A stretch of 55,914 nt of DNA, counting the filler, from Dirinaria sp. TL-2023a (lineage: Eukaryota), in the NCBI GenBank assembly GCA_051941275.1. It is 3 parts of 3 records of this genome, joined end to end, with 100 filler letters (N's around TTAATTAATTAA, not from the genome) between each part and the next. Parts side by side here need not be neighbours in the genome. Positions count along the whole stretch, not along the records: positions 1 to 18,580 come from JAVEBF010000377.1; positions 18,681 to 37,248 come from JAVEBF010000378.1; 1 more part is not named here. One strand, written 5' to 3'. How positions within the stretch are numbered: position 1 is the stretch's first letter; every line of letters starts with the position of its first letter. The position numbers were made by a program, and so were the translations under genes. A model generated the notes under the pieces. It saw nothing but the letters and a program-made list of their open reading frames with translations. It had not been told where the DNA came from and ran no database searches. Below, piece by piece: positions 11,161 to 23,390 of the stretch.

Positions 11161-13350
11161 ATGTGTGTGGGGAGGTACATGACTGGCCTTGTCCGACATC
11201 GCTATGATGTTCGAGCAAGCTACTTGGAAATTTTCGACTTTCTTTCCCCATTGAATAAACCGAGTCGACATTCGAGAAAATTCGCATTCCCCCAACGGAA
11301 AAGATTCACCTCCGATGCACAAGAGCAGGATCCGGTCTCATCGGTTCAAGATCGGAAAACTGATTTCCTTTCTATGTTCAAGGATTCTTGTGAGCAACAT
11401 TTGGGACCCATTTACGCAATGGCTGACCTTGTGCAAGTTAACTTTCCGGAAGCCACGCACGAGATACGAGATCTATCAGGTATTGCATTGAATCAAGTTG
11501 ATTCTCTCGATGTTGTTCTGCATGGATATCTCGGCCGTCGTTCTGATCTTTCCAAAACCCTTTCTTTTACACCTTTGCTGAGCAGATCCCTTGACTCCAT
11601 TATTCAAATTGTTTCCAAACATGACAGCAGTCATGGCGCAAATTCACCACATCATAGCCTTAGGAGTATTACACCACAGTCGCCTGTTGTGGTCACTGGC
11701 CGTCTGAAAGCCAAAAAACGCAATTCTGAGCCTAGGGATCAGATACCAAAAATACAGCATGTTGAACTTGAACTGTCCCATATACAGTGCCTCAATAAAT
11801 TTCCAAACGACCTCATTGGCGCCATCGATAATGTCTTTGGTCCTGAAGACCGACACCTGCAATTGAGGACAAACAAGGATCTCCGTGATGCTTTACATTT
11901 TCGAGCCAAACTCGCGAAGCTTTGTCGATCCGAGCTCGAGGGGAATGATTTCGTAGAAATCGAAACACCATTGCTGTTCAAATCAACGCCCGAGGGAGCG
12001 AGGGAATTTGTAGTACCTTCAAGGCAAAGAGGCTTGGCATATGCACTTCCACAAAGCCCACAGCAGTTCAAACAAATCCTAATGGGCAGTGGCATCTCAA
12101 GATATTACCAGCTCGCAAGGTGCTTTCGCGATGAAGACCTTCGAGCCGATAGACAACCGGAATTTACGCAACTGGATCTCGAAATGTCCTTCGCAACAGG
12201 CGCCGACGTTATGAGACATGTTACACGCCTGATCAAAACTCTCTGGAAATTCGAACTAAAAACCGAGCTTCCGGACGAATTTCAAAGCATGACATATGAG
12301 CATGCCATGTCGTCCTACGGTTCCGATAAGCCAGACCTGCGTATCTCGTCTCCTATAACCCGCGTTGAACATCTGTTCCGAGAAGATCTTCAAAAGAAAC
12401 TGACTAGCCTTCACAACCCTATAATTGAAGTCTTTTCTCTCAACCTCTCACCTCCTCCCAACTCTGACGATACGCCATCAAATGTCGCCCGCAGCTTTAT
12501 CAATGAGTTCCTTGACTCGCCTTCCGCCGCGCCATTCAACTCTAATCCTTATGGGTCGCCCGGCATCTTCATTTACGACCCGCTTGCTCCACTTCGCGGA
12601 TTGTCGGCTATTGGCTTCGAAGCAGTTCCTGCCATTGAAGAGCTTCTCGGCCCAGATGAGGGCACCCTCATCGTTCTACAAGCACGCCCCAGAAAGCTTG
12701 TTCCGTATGGGTCAACGGCACTTGGTAATCTTCGCTCCCTACTGTTGAAGAATGCTTTCAAGCAAAAGGTTTTAGAGCCTGAAGTCTCCTACGCACCACT
12801 CTGGATTACTGAATTCCCGCTCTTCACACCTACCAAGAACAATCCTGGTGAAGGCCAGCGCAGCCCCATGGGGCTCTCTAGCACTCACCATCCCTTCACA
12901 TCTCCATTGAATTCAGATCATGTCTCTGAACTGTCTCAAAACCCCGAAAAAGTTTTGGCAGACCATTACGACCTCGTCATCAACGGTGTCGAGCTTGGTG
13001 GTGGCTCTCGACGTATTCACAATGCAGATTTTCAGGAGTATATCCTGCGCGATGTTCTTAAGCTACCGGATGAGAGAATGAAAGAGTTCGAGCACCTGAT
13101 TAAGGTGCTTAAAGCGGGGTGCCCGCCGCATGCGGGGTTTGCATTAGGTTTTGATAGGCTAGTGGCGCTGATGCTTGGAAAGGAGAGTGTTAGGGATGTC
13201 ATGGCATTTCCCAAAGGCAACGGAGGGGAGGACAAGTGCGTGGGTAGTCCAGCAGCTTTGAGAAAAGGAGAGCTCGAGAGATACGGGCTCGAATTCAAAA
13301 AAAGAAAGCCTTCCGGCGTCGTAAGATTTGTAAATCCAGCGAATAGGTAA
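11161..13350 (+). CDS. MSD1: Mitochondrial aspartyl-tRNA synthetase
   Basis: Single 729-aa ORF with bacterial-type AspRS motifs: IETPLLFKSTPEGAREF, ALPQSPQQFKQILM, ARCFRDEDLRADRQPEFTQLDLEMSF, DLVINGVELGGGSRRIH, PPHAGFALGFDRL. The start could be a downstream ATG. Confidence 0.95.
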   Translation: MCVGRYMTGLVRHRYDVRASYLEIFDFLSPLNKPSRHSRKFAFPQRKRFTSDAQEQDPVSSVQDRKTDFLSMFKDSCEQHLGPIYAMADLVQVNFPEATHEIRDLSGIALNQVDSLDVVLHGYLGRRSDLSKTLSFTPLLSRSLDSIIQIVSKHDSSHGANSPHHSLRSITPQSPVVVTGRLKAKKRNSEPRDQIPKIQHVELELSHIQCLNKFPNDLIGAIDNVFGPEDRHLQLRTNKDLRDALHFRAKLAKLCRSELEGNDFVEIETPLLFKSTPEGAREFVVPSRQRGLAYALPQSPQQFKQILMGSGISRYYQLARCFRDEDLRADRQPEFTQLDLEMSFATGADVMRHVTRLIKTLWKFELKTELPDEFQSMTYEHAMSSYGSDKPDLRISSPITRVEHLFREDLQKKLTSLHNPIIEVFSLNLSPPPNSDDTPSNVARSFINEFLDSPSAAPFNSNPYGSPGIFIYDPLAPLRGLSAIGFEAVPAIEELLGPDEGTLIVLQARPRKLVPYGSTALGNLRSLLLKNAFKQKVLEPEVSYAPLWITEFPLFTPTKNNPGEGQRSPMGLSSTHHPFTSPLNSDHVSELSQNPEKVLADHYDLVINGVELGGGSRRIHNADFQEYILRDVLKLPDERMKEFEHLIKVLKAGCPPHAGFALGFDRLVALMLGKESVRDVMAFPKGNGGEDKCVGSPAALRKGELERYGLEFKKRKPSGVVRFVNPANR

Positions 13351-13762
13351 AAGAAGATCTTTTGGCGTTATAATATTTGTATCAATAAAGCAGGGCAATT
13401 CAAATACACAACCAGTCCATACAGTCGGCGCCTTGCGACCGTACCTTACATTACCTTACCTATTCATAGGTACATGTAAACCTAAGGTAGGGTTGAGACA
13501 TGGCGCTAGCTGCATTGGGCGACATCATCGAGCGGGGCCGGTCTTATGGAGCTACCTCAAGACACTGTATATTGAAAGTGATAATGCTCCCGTCATTCAA
13601 TCACTCCAACGCCAAGCTCAGTCATACTTCGATCAGCGTGACAACACCGGATGCCTGTAAAGGCCGGGCTGTCACTATGTCATTATCCGGCGTTGATGGT
13701 CCGGCACCATTGACCTGGCCTAATCTTCATAAACAATGGCCCTAAACGGCTCTTCAAATGCC

Positions 13763-15868
13763 ATGTCAATTATACCATACGACAACAACCGCGAGATCGT
13801 TCTGTGAGTTTATTCTAGCATTTGGCCTGGGGATACAGTCTGGCAACTGACCCTGCTCTCTAGACGTCATGACGATCAAGTGGTTGTCTACGATCCGTAT
13901 TCGCGCCAGATGGTGCTACGAAACGCTTCTTCGCAGAGAGATCTTGACTTGACTGAATGCCCCTACTGCCGCCGGCCTTTAAGAGGAAGAGAGCGGCCTC
14001 GCAGTAAGGAAAATGACGATCCCGGAGCTACTGCGAGTTTTATCAGCCCAGAATATTTTCGTATGCTGCATCAAAGCCTTCCTCCCTCGGATACCTCGAA
14101 TCCGCCATCACCTGTACGCCGGCTTGTTCAATCAGCTCGATCTCGACATCCATCTGCTACAAACACTCCCGAGGAGTTTGGCTCCGAGACCGCATCCCCC
14201 GGATCTCCGCTTTCTCCACCCGGAATCTCGACATCAGCGTTTAGTCCGGGATACTTCGAGCGCTTTTTCGTGCAAGAGGGCGAGTTAGGCAGAGGCGGGA
14301 AAGGTGTGGTGCTGTTGGTGAAGCATTTGCTGGATGGCGTCGTGCTGGGCCACTTCGCTTGCAAGAGAGTCCCTGTAGGGGATGATCACGAGTGGCTCAA
14401 AAAGGTGCTCGTTGAGGTACAGCTTTTGCAGTACCTTTCGCACCAGCATCTCGTGTCGTATAGGCATGTTTGGCTCGAAGAAGTCAAGCTATCCAATTTC
14501 GGACCCAGCGTTCCCTGCGCCTTCATTCTTCAACAATACTGCAACTCAGGCGATTTGCAGAAATACATCAGCGATGTCGGCAAGCCAAAACACACCCCAG
14601 AAAAGCTCAAGGAACGGCTCAGGCGACAGTCGAAACATCAGCTCGAGCTCCAACATGAACTTCACGGCCGCAAGCTGCATTTCGACGAGATTTACTCTTT
14701 CTTCAAAGACATCACATCTGGTCTAAATCATCTTCATGTCAACGGCTACATCCATCGAGATCTTAAGCCAAGCAATTGTCTACTTCATGACAGTGGCCAC
14801 GGTCTGAGAGTCCTAGTTAGCGACTTTGGAGAGGTTCAGATCGAGAATATGGTCCGTAAATCTACAGGCGCAACCGGTACTGTCTCTTACTGTGCGCCGG
14901 AAGTGCTGCACCGCGAGACTTCTGGCCGCTTCGGCAACTTCACCCCAAAATCAGATATCTTCTCCCTAGGTATGATTTTGTATTTTCTATGCTTTGCGCA
15001 ATTACCATATCGTAGTGCGAATGCCCTTGATGAGGATCAGGAAGAGGATTTGGATCAATTGAGAGACGAGATCACGTCATGGACGGGGCTGCAGGAAGAG
15101 CGAAAACTTCGACCAGAGCTACCTGAAAAGCTTTACACCTTTCTTCGGCGCTTGCTCTCCATCGACCCCGCCGAGAGACCCAGTGCCGAAGACATCCTTC
15201 TGGGCATTAAAACTGGTTCTGGACTGGACGAGATATCAGATTCCCGACCCCCCACCTCGGGGCACATGTTCGATGACCTGCGCAATAGCTCGAGAATATC
15301 CCCAGTCGATAGCCCAGCGTCAAGGCTGTCACGCAGTCCCATGTCGCAAACGCCGCCTCGAACAATGAGCACCGGTTACAACGTTCGGCCTGGCAGTGGT
15401 GTAGCCAAGTTGCGCATGTCATCCCATCGGAGAAGCCCAGCCGGCAGCCCAACTACCACAACTATGGAAGAGAGCTCGCCGCCGGCCAGCCCAGGAGGAA
15501 GTCTCATCTTGCGCGAAAGATACCCTTCACCTACTCGTGTTGGCTCGCTGCCGAAGTTGCCTGCACCACCATTTACAGCTACGCGGCAGCACCGCGGGTG
15601 GATGGGCAGCTACTCGGCGGCACGCAGCGTCAAAGGCGTCATATTTCTATTCAAGGTCGTCTCAATCACGACGCTTTGCAGTCCGGTGGGACCGAACGGA
15701 AGCGCCGCTTACCCCATGCTTGTGATCGCCATTCTTGATCTTTGCGTGAACGAGCCTCATCTACTGCTATCGATCGTCCTTTCTCTCGTGCATGTAGCGA
15801 TACTGTTTGTGGCTTGGAGGGCGGATGTGCTTTGCCAGCCTAGAACGAGGATGTGGGCGGCTTACTGA
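13763..15868 (+). CDS. IKS1: IKS1-family Ser/Thr protein kinase (~681 aa) with C-terminal hydrophobic segments
   Basis: Exon 1 at 13763-13803 (MSIIPYDNNREIVL), intron 13804-13863. Motifs: CPYC, YFRML, LGRGGKGVV, FACKRVPVGDDHEWL, HRDLKPSNCLL, VSDFGE, GATGTVSYCAPE, SDIFSLG. Confidence 0.9.
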
Positions 15869-16229
15869 TTTTTGGATACCCATTTAAAACACGGTTTAAG
15901 AAAAAGCATTGATAATCTGTACATGATTTTCAAGATTTCCCATGACATACATATTTACGCATCGCTCTCCGCTTGGCCCACTAGAATTATGGGTGTACAT
16001 ATGCAAAACCTGATTTCCTGGTAGCATGGACTTTGTGCACTAGAACTACAAGCCACGCGGTTTTGCGCTTTAGTTTGCAAGGCAGATGTGTTGGATCTCA
16101 GATTGTCACCTTAGTTGAAAATGATACCTTGTTTCTTGCAGTGAGAACCAAGGTTTCGGGGGTCCTTGGCTAGTGATCCCTGAAGGATGGTGACGGATGG
16201 GCCAGTCAGACGCCGCCAGTTCATCCAGC

Positions 16230-16279
16230 CCCGCCAAAACCTGCCCGCCAAAACTTGCCCGCCAAAACTTGCCCGCCAG
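16230..16279. repeat. Tandem 14-bp repeat CCCGCCAAAACYTG x3 plus a partial copy
   Basis: Read directly: cccgccaaaacctg cccgccaaaacttg cccgccaaaacttg cccgccag. Confidence 0.9.
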
Positions 16280-16777
16280 CCCTCGCCAGCCTCGGATTTA
16301 TTATCACCGAATATGCCGTCAACCATCAACCACCAAACCACCAAATATTCAAACGTCCCATTCATTTGCCTTTCTCGAACAAATTTTCCGTCATCTCACA
16401 TAGTCACCTTTGCCTTGACCGCCATATCCATTCTATCTGCTTCACATTTGTCGTGCTACTCGCTGGCCCTCTGTAGCAACACTTCGTGCTCGGCCGACGT
16501 CCTCCCCACCTTGCTTTGGCGCAAATCTGACACAAGGCTTGCGGACAATAATCGCCTTGGAACTCGCTTTACCATCGAGCCATTGACCTTTCTGAGCATT
16601 CTCGTGCACGTGGCACTGTATTCTACAGCACCGTCAAGTGCAATCAGCGCAAAAACCGACCTTGCCTTGCGAAGGCAGTAAGATAGACAGGTTCAAGCAA
16701 ACTAACAAGGAGGATCGCCATTTTGGAATCGCATCACTGCACAGTTGGAGCTTTCCCTTGCGAGTGCAGCCGACAAG

Positions 16778-17455
16778 ATGATTGCCAGTCTCTTCTTCAT
16801 CTTCATCCGCCTGCTCCAACTCGTCACCCTCATACCTACAATGGGCATGCTGGTACGCGAGAACACATCCAACACAAAAGAATAGGATCTCAACTGACTT
16901 TCTCTTAGGCCTACTTCGTCAATCAGTTCAATAAAGCGGACCGCCTCACCCCAGCTTACGTCCTGTACGTCCTACCCTTGTTGTTCGCGGAAGCTCCCAG
17001 CTGACACACACTTCAGAGTCCTCTTCATAGTCTCCACTCTCGCCACAGTATGGTGCCTGCTAACACTCCTCCGCCGCAAATCGACCCGCCGCTCGGCCCA
17101 CTTCGTCTGCTTTGTAGACGTTCTATTCATCGGGGCTTTCATCGCGGGCGTCTACTACCTGCGCGGCATCGCCAACGCCAACTGCAGCCATTTCAGCTCC
17201 AACGGCGCCTTCTACGTCTCCCTTGGCCCCGATGGTTTCAGCGGGAACTCGCCGTTCAGCTTCAACATCAACAAGGAGTGCGCGATGCTGAAGGCGGCGT
17301 TTGCGTTCGGGATCATGAACTGCATCTTCTTCGCGTGCTCGGCCTTCTTTTTGCTCTTCATGTACAGGCAAGAGAAGGAGGTGGTGGTGAAAGAGACGAC
17401 CTATAGGCGGAGTAGTCACGGATCGAGGTAAGCCTGGTCACCCATCTTGCGGTGT

Positions 17456-17511
<56 letters not shown>

Positions 17512-17614
17512 TACTGACGCGGTTTTTTTTTTTCTCAGACGAGGTCACTCACGCAGTGGTTCCTCAGGCCATCGCCATCGGAGCCATAGCAACAGGAGAC
17601 AATATTACGTCTAA
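16778..17614 (+). CDS. MARVEL-like four-TM membrane protein (~205 aa); true frame absent from the ORF track
   Basis: Exons 16778-16852, 16909-16964, 17017-17427 and 17539-17614 with canonical introns. Translation MIASLFFIFIRLLQLVTLIPTMGMLAYFV...FVCFVDVLFIGAFIAGVYYL...KECAMLKAAFAFGIMNCIFF followed by an R/S/H-rich tail. Confidence 0.8.
17462..17507. repeat. (AG)23 microsatellite inside intron 3 of the MARVEL gene
   Basis: Read directly from the sequence. Confidence 0.97.
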
Positions 17615-18547
17615 GGGACTGAGGACTCATCTCACAATCTTTTTTCAGCACCAGCGAGTGAGTTTCGATGGCTTTCACCTGTAAAGCGGATATGCAAATA
17701 CCTTCCTTTCTTGTCAATTCTTGTCATCATTTCGTCCCGATTGGGTGGCCTATTCAGCCACAGCAGCAGCAGCAGCATGATGCGCAATCTAGCGTCGGAG
17801 CGTGAGCGTGTTCAGGCGAAGGGGCGAAAAATTCAGATTAGCGATATCTAAGGTTAGGTAGGCTGGCAGGAAATTCAGGAAAAGGGGGGTGGTGGGGAGG
17901 AAGGAGATCTGATTTAGCTCTGGACGAAATCTACGGTTGTTACCTTACTTCTATCTCTCTCTGTGTTTTTTTTTTCTTTTCTGTTTTTTAAATTTTTTTC
18001 TTGTTTAGAAAAATTCTTCGGAGAATATAAAATATCAGATTCCTCCAAACAAAAAGGGAGTTCATCCTCCTGATCCTGGGATCACAATCTTATTACAGTA
18101 TATGTAAATCGCGCCCGTTAAGACGTAATAAGAAACTCATTGTGCCCAAGACGAGATTGATATTTTGGCGCAGTAGATCCCCTCTACTCCTCTAGAAACA
18201 TCTTATTGTTTGTGTGCCTTCAGCCTCTTGTTTGAAATTTTTTTTTTTTTTTTTTTTTCTTTTTTTGAAATGGCTGAGTTCTGGTTCAGGAAAAAGCAAT
18301 TTCAAATCAGGCTTACATCGGATCACAAGTTTCCTGAATCAAGGCATTGGATCGAATCGAGCGATATCTCAGGCTGGTGCTTTCTTTCTTTCTCTTTCCC
18401 CCCCCCCAAATCTGGTAAGGGGGTGTTATTGGTGGTATGGAAATCTTTATCTGTTCAGTACGATTTTACAAGAGAGATATACATGTACATGTCTATATAA
18501 AATCCCCCTTTGCGCTTTCTCATCCTCTCTCTCTCATTCTTGCCAAA

Positions 18548-18580
<33 letters not shown>

Positions 18581-18680
18581 NNNNNNNNNNNNNNNNNNNN
18601 NNNNNNNNNNNNNNNNNNNNNNNNTTAATTAATTAANNNNNNNNNNNNNNNNNNNNNNNNNNNNNNNNNNNNNNNNNNNN
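18581..18680. other. Artificial assembly spacer N44-TTAATTAATTAA-N44
   Basis: Exactly 100 nt; palindromic 12-mer with TAA in all six frames; identical structure at 37249-37348; preceded by a poly-T contig end. Confidence 0.97.
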
Positions 18681-18909
18681 GTATTGCATTGTGTTTGGGT
18701 TATTTTGGGTAAATGGAAAGGGGGGGGGGGGCGCTCGAAGGGAGAAAAGGGGGGAATTGATGCATTCTGATACGCTTGGAGTGGAGGACTGGATGGGATC
18801 AAGGGTCGAATAACAAATACCATTTCTATCAATACTGATTGAACCACGGCCCTGTGACGCTGTTGGTGAGCTTGCCGCGTACTACTAATTCCAATGGGAA
18901 CAAAAGAAC

Positions 18910-20887
18910 CTATTTCTTCTGCCGCTTCGAGCTCCGGTTGCTCTTGTTGCTCAAATGGCTGATGACGCTGGCGCTGCGCTTGCGCACCGATTCGCTACGC
19001 GTAGGAGGCCGTGTTTCGGTCTCGGCTTCGGCTTCCTCCTCCTCCTCTTCAGCTGCTGCGGCAGCGGTGGCGGCGTCCTCGTTCTCATCAGCGTCCTCCA
19101 TGACTTCGTCTTTCTCCTCTACCGCGTCCTCTTCGTCCGGCTCTTTGGCCGCCGCCGCCGCCGCCGCTTCTTCTTCTTCTACTTCTTCTTCTTCCTCTTC
19201 CTCGTCCTCGCATTCGGCATCTTTCTCATCGTCTTCGACGGGCTGTTCCGAGGAGTCGGGGACCTCGGCTGTCCCCGCCCTCCCTTCCCCGGCTGCCGCT
19301 TTGTCCTCGACGCTGGCCTTTGCGACTTTGATCTCGTTCTCTAGTTTTTCACTGATTTTCCTCACATCGAGTAGGATATGGATAGCGCTGACTAACTTCT
19401 CGAATTCGTCGCAGACCGCCGCCGTGGGCATCGTCAACCGGTTCGGGATCCCCAGCTCCGTCAAGGCCGCGGCGATCTTCTGAGTCAAGACGTTCGATTT
19501 CGCTTGCGAGAGTTTGTTGATCCGTTCGTGCCGGAACTGGGTTCCGCTCTGGCTGCGCTCGTTGTGGGAGATGCCGAATCGGGCTTCGTCCCGCGCGGAG
19601 AGCTGTTTGTGTCCGGCGCCGAGACCACCACTGTTTGCAATGGAAGAGCGTTTATCCCCCGGGCCGGAGATGGATTGTCGGTGGGAACGGTCGCCTTGTG
19701 AGGGGCCACTGGGGGGGGTATTGCCAGAGGATAGGCCTCCTTCAGCAAGGGAACGGCGCTTTTTGTTCTTGTCTGCGCTGAGTAGGGTCTGCATCAGCGT
19801 CCAAAGGTCTTGGCTGGATTTGTAGGTGGCACCACCGCTGCTGTGGGGCACAGAGAGGCGGTCGTAGAGCTCCTTACGCTCTTGGGAAAATTTCTCTTGG
19901 TTATTGACGATGCGCTTGAGTTCCGCAAGTAGGAGCTCTTCTTCTTTCACTTCATCTGGGGAGCGAAGAAAGAGCGTCTCGGCAAGCTTTTTGCGGGTAG
20001 TCTCGAGCTCGGCATCATATTTGGCCATCTTCTCGTGCAGCTCAAACTCGGTAGTTGACATACTCGATAAAGGCTGATTGAGTGCCATCGTTTTAGCTGC
20101 GACGTCGTAGTAGCGGGCTTTGAGGTCTTCCATACTGCGTTGCTTTGCTTCGACCGTAATAGTCATGGAGTTGTTCTCCGCTTTCGGAGCGTCGCTGGGC
20201 TGATACTCATATCTATCCCAAATCACAATCCATCGTAGATCGTACTCGGAGGCCAAGTTAACAAGATAGTCCGTCTCTTCCTTACTCCAGTCGTCATTCT
20301 TGAGATGCGAGTCGTACTGTTCGGGTGTGTACTCAGGTACGCTGACTTTGACATTGAATCTTGCGTAGGGATATTCCGCTTCGACCCTCGCAACCTTTTC
20401 CTTTTCCTTTTCCTTTTCCTTTTCCTTTTCCTTTTCCTCCGCATCATTCTCCGAGGCGAAGTTTGAGTCTGCCGGTGTGGCAAGAGAAATTGGTCCAGTG
20501 TCCTCACGGCGCCTCCAATGACGCAGTACTAAACCATCCGGACGAGCCGGGTTATTGAAGGCAGATTTCTCCCTACAGCAATCAGGTACAAACTATCAGT
20601 GGATGTTGAGACTGCTGACCATGGGTGTGCCTTCTGTTTGCTCGACCATTTTGGACGACCTTTAAACTTATTCTCAGTGATGGCGATCGGAGGTGCTCTT
20701 TCACCCCAGAGAGCATATAATTCCCGGGTCATGCCATCTACAGACCATTAGCAAATAGCTTCATGCAATGTGTCACTTCGGACTCACCTGGCCGCTTCTC
20801 GATGACTTTCTGCTTCTTAACTGGTGGGGCATGGGCCTGCATAGGCACGTCGCCCATCACATCCTTGATGTCCGCAGCGTTCATCAT
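18910..20887 (-). CDS. SWC4: SWR1/NuA4 complex subunit Swc4/Eaf2 (DMAP1 homologue), ~626 aa
   Basis: Exons 20887-20788, 20737-20620 and 20572-18910. Motifs: DGMTRELYAL, FNNPARPDGLVLRHW, YARFNVKVSVP, the SANT segment DWSKEETDYL...YDLRWIVIWDRY, RSMEDLKARYY, and PTAAVCDEFEKL. Confidence 0.93.
20396..20437 (-). repeat. (GAAAAG)n hexamer repeat encoding poly-(Glu-Lys) within SWC4
   Basis: About seven tandem cttttc units on the + strand, in frame within SWC4 exon 3. Confidence 0.9.
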
Positions 20888-22246
20888 GGGCAGAATCCCG
20901 TGCTATAGACCTAGTCGCATGTGATGATACCGACTCGATCTAGCACGGTAATAATTCGTAATAGGTGCCTTGACAGAGGCTTTGAGGATTGTGCACGCCA
21001 GGTGAGTAAGATTAAATCCGGTGCAATTGAGGATAGGCACAACACCTAATTACTACTGCGGATGAATACGGAATTGAACTCCAATCTGTTGAGGCCGCTT
21101 CTAGTTTCCACTCGGGCCTTAGCAGAGATCAAATTTAGGGTTATTTCAGGTTTTTTTGAACTGCGTCTTCGGATGGAAATAAGGTATGTATCTTACATCC
21201 CCTCAATCCGAACAGCCATGATTCCTCGACAGTAGTGGTGCTGCTGATGACAAAAGTTTGAGCTCACTTTATAGAGCTATCATAACCCCAGACGGGAGGT
21301 GATGGGTTCTTCTCACCCGCGGTGATAAGATGTTGTACGATGTACGGAGGCATAAATGGCTAAGCCTAATCTGGTAATAATACTCCGCCTCACCATCTGT
21401 GGATAATCCCTGTGGACACGTCTACAACAATTATGCAGATGCAATACACAGACGACTTGTTTGGTAGTGAATTTCAATTTAGCGTGCAATCCAGCTAACG
21501 CTTTGCGAAGCAGAATCCCGAGCCAGCTATTCGTATAAAAATGAGCGAGCGTCATGTGACGCTAGATGCATTCTTCCTCTGGTCCTGCAAGCCAGTAGTT
21601 CGGGATCGGCGGCCCACAGTCCCCGTAGTATGGAATCATGTATGCGTGCCGCACAGCTTCCCTCATTTGTCCTCGGCTCGCTACGGTCCTACGGAACTAG
21701 CAGACGGTAAGGTAAGCGCTGCATCCAATCTTATGTGGGGCTTGGGTTCGCCCTGCTCAAGTAATGTGCTGCGGCTTCCTGGAGGATCAGCATGAGTTCG
21801 TATAACGCAGCGACGCCTTGCTAAATTGGCCGAATGGGCGTTCACTGATGCATGCTGCAGCTCTCTGCAATATGTCACCACGTGAAAGCCACTCACTACC
21901 TGTAGGTGCTCGGCGCTGCTCACGGTGGTTGCATACTATCTTATGTGGGACTTGGCTAGATAATGTTCCGTAATCAAAAGAATGGCTTGCTCCAAGCCGG
22001 GACAATGGAATAACTTCCATGTGGAGCAAGGCTGCAAGACATAGATGAATGATCGTTGATTCCGTGTTCCTTCGTTCAACATTACCGTGGTTCACTCTCT
22101 TCAGTGGCAGACAAACCAGGCTCGCGGCAGACTTAGCGGAGCTTGTGAAGCAGATGCAAGCTTGGCCTTCACCGAATTTCGATTCAAAGCGTGATCCTAT
22201 GTAAACCACCCTGGAGTACGGTCAAAGCTGGAAAAAAAAATCAATC

Positions 22247-23112
22247 ATGGCTCCCTCCCCAAAGCCAGTCTTTGTTCTCGTACCCGGTGCTGCACTTACG
22301 CCTTCACACTACGGTTACCTAGAACATCTCCTTCTGAGTCAAGGCTACGGTGTTCTATCTGCGCTGCTTCCGACCGTTGGCACTGGTGCGAATGTCACTG
22401 TCGAAGATGATGCAGACTACATCCGTTCGCGAATGCTCCTCCCTGTTCTCAATATTGAAAATCATGATGTGATTATGATTTCGCACTCTTATAGCGGTAT
22501 TCCTGCGAGCGCCGCTGCGCGAGGCTTGAGCAAGGCCGATCGAATTGCAGATGGCAAGACAACCTCGGTTCTGGGCCAAATATTTATTGCCACGATCTTA
22601 ACGCGAGGAGGAGATGGCAAAGATGTCGTTGCAACGTTTGGAGGGCAACTGCCGCCCCATATTCGGGTGGATGTACGTATTTATCCGATTACCATTCGAC
22701 ACTCCGAAACCCTTGCTGCGTTTGATATTCGTAGTCTTTAGCTCTGACCTGGACCTAGGAAAAGGAGAATCTGGTCAGATGCAATGACGCCAAGCCGCCT
22801 TTGTTTCAGGACGTCTCGCCAGTCCTAGCCGATGCTGCGGTTCTATCGACCGTCAGCCCCAGCTTAACTTCATTCAAGAGCCCATGTCCGGCTGCTACTT
22901 GGGATACTGAGGCCTTCAAAGGTCGTTGCGCCTACATCCGGACTCTCAACGACCGCGCCATCCCCTATGAGATCCAGAACATGATGCTACAAGGGACTGG
23001 GCAGGAGTGGATTACCAGAGATATTGAAACCGGACACAGCCCACAGTTCTCGGCACCGGAGAAGTTGAGCAGCATTATCGTAGATCTGGCGAAACAGTTT
23101 GAAGCTATGTAA
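22247..23112 (+). CDS. Alpha/beta-hydrolase (Abhydrolase_6 / methylesterase-like), ~259 aa
   Basis: Intron 22673-22758 joins two ORFs in frame. Motifs: VFVLVPGA (oxyanion region), SHSYSG (nucleophile elbow), YIRTLNDRAIP (Asp), ETGHSPQFSAPE (His). Confidence 0.9.
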
Positions 23113-23390
23113 TTAGCAGCCAGAGCATTCAATACTTAGTGAAGACAAGTACTGAGTATATCAGGGAGGACATTTTGATTGAAGCCAAATGATGCACCCG
23201 GTAAACACATTTGCTAAGGAAAATCATCGCTCAAAGAACCTTTAGGGAAACTGCATGGCATCGCCTGCTGGTAAAACGGCAAGTCGTTTTATGAAATTGA
23301 AGTAGTCGTTGCACATCTGCATTGCAATTATGACTCATCAATTAGAAACTTAAAGTACCCCCGCCTCGCCCAAAGGATGAAAAACTTAGT

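Noticed and set aside
16187..16681. 164-aa ORF with PAKTCPPKLARQ repeats
   Set aside because: A product of the 14-bp DNA repeat in the MARVEL upstream region; no protein-like features.
17050..17406. 118-aa ORF from the track
   Set aside because: Wrong frame of MARVEL exon 3.
18625..18636. TTAATTAATTAA palindrome as a biological element (e.g. a piggyBac TTAA site)
   Set aside because: Centred in symmetrical N runs and repeated identically at 37293-37304; an assembly artefact.
18839..19483. 214-aa Ser/Ala-rich + strand ORF
   Set aside because: Antisense shadow of the Glu/Ala-rich SWC4 tail.
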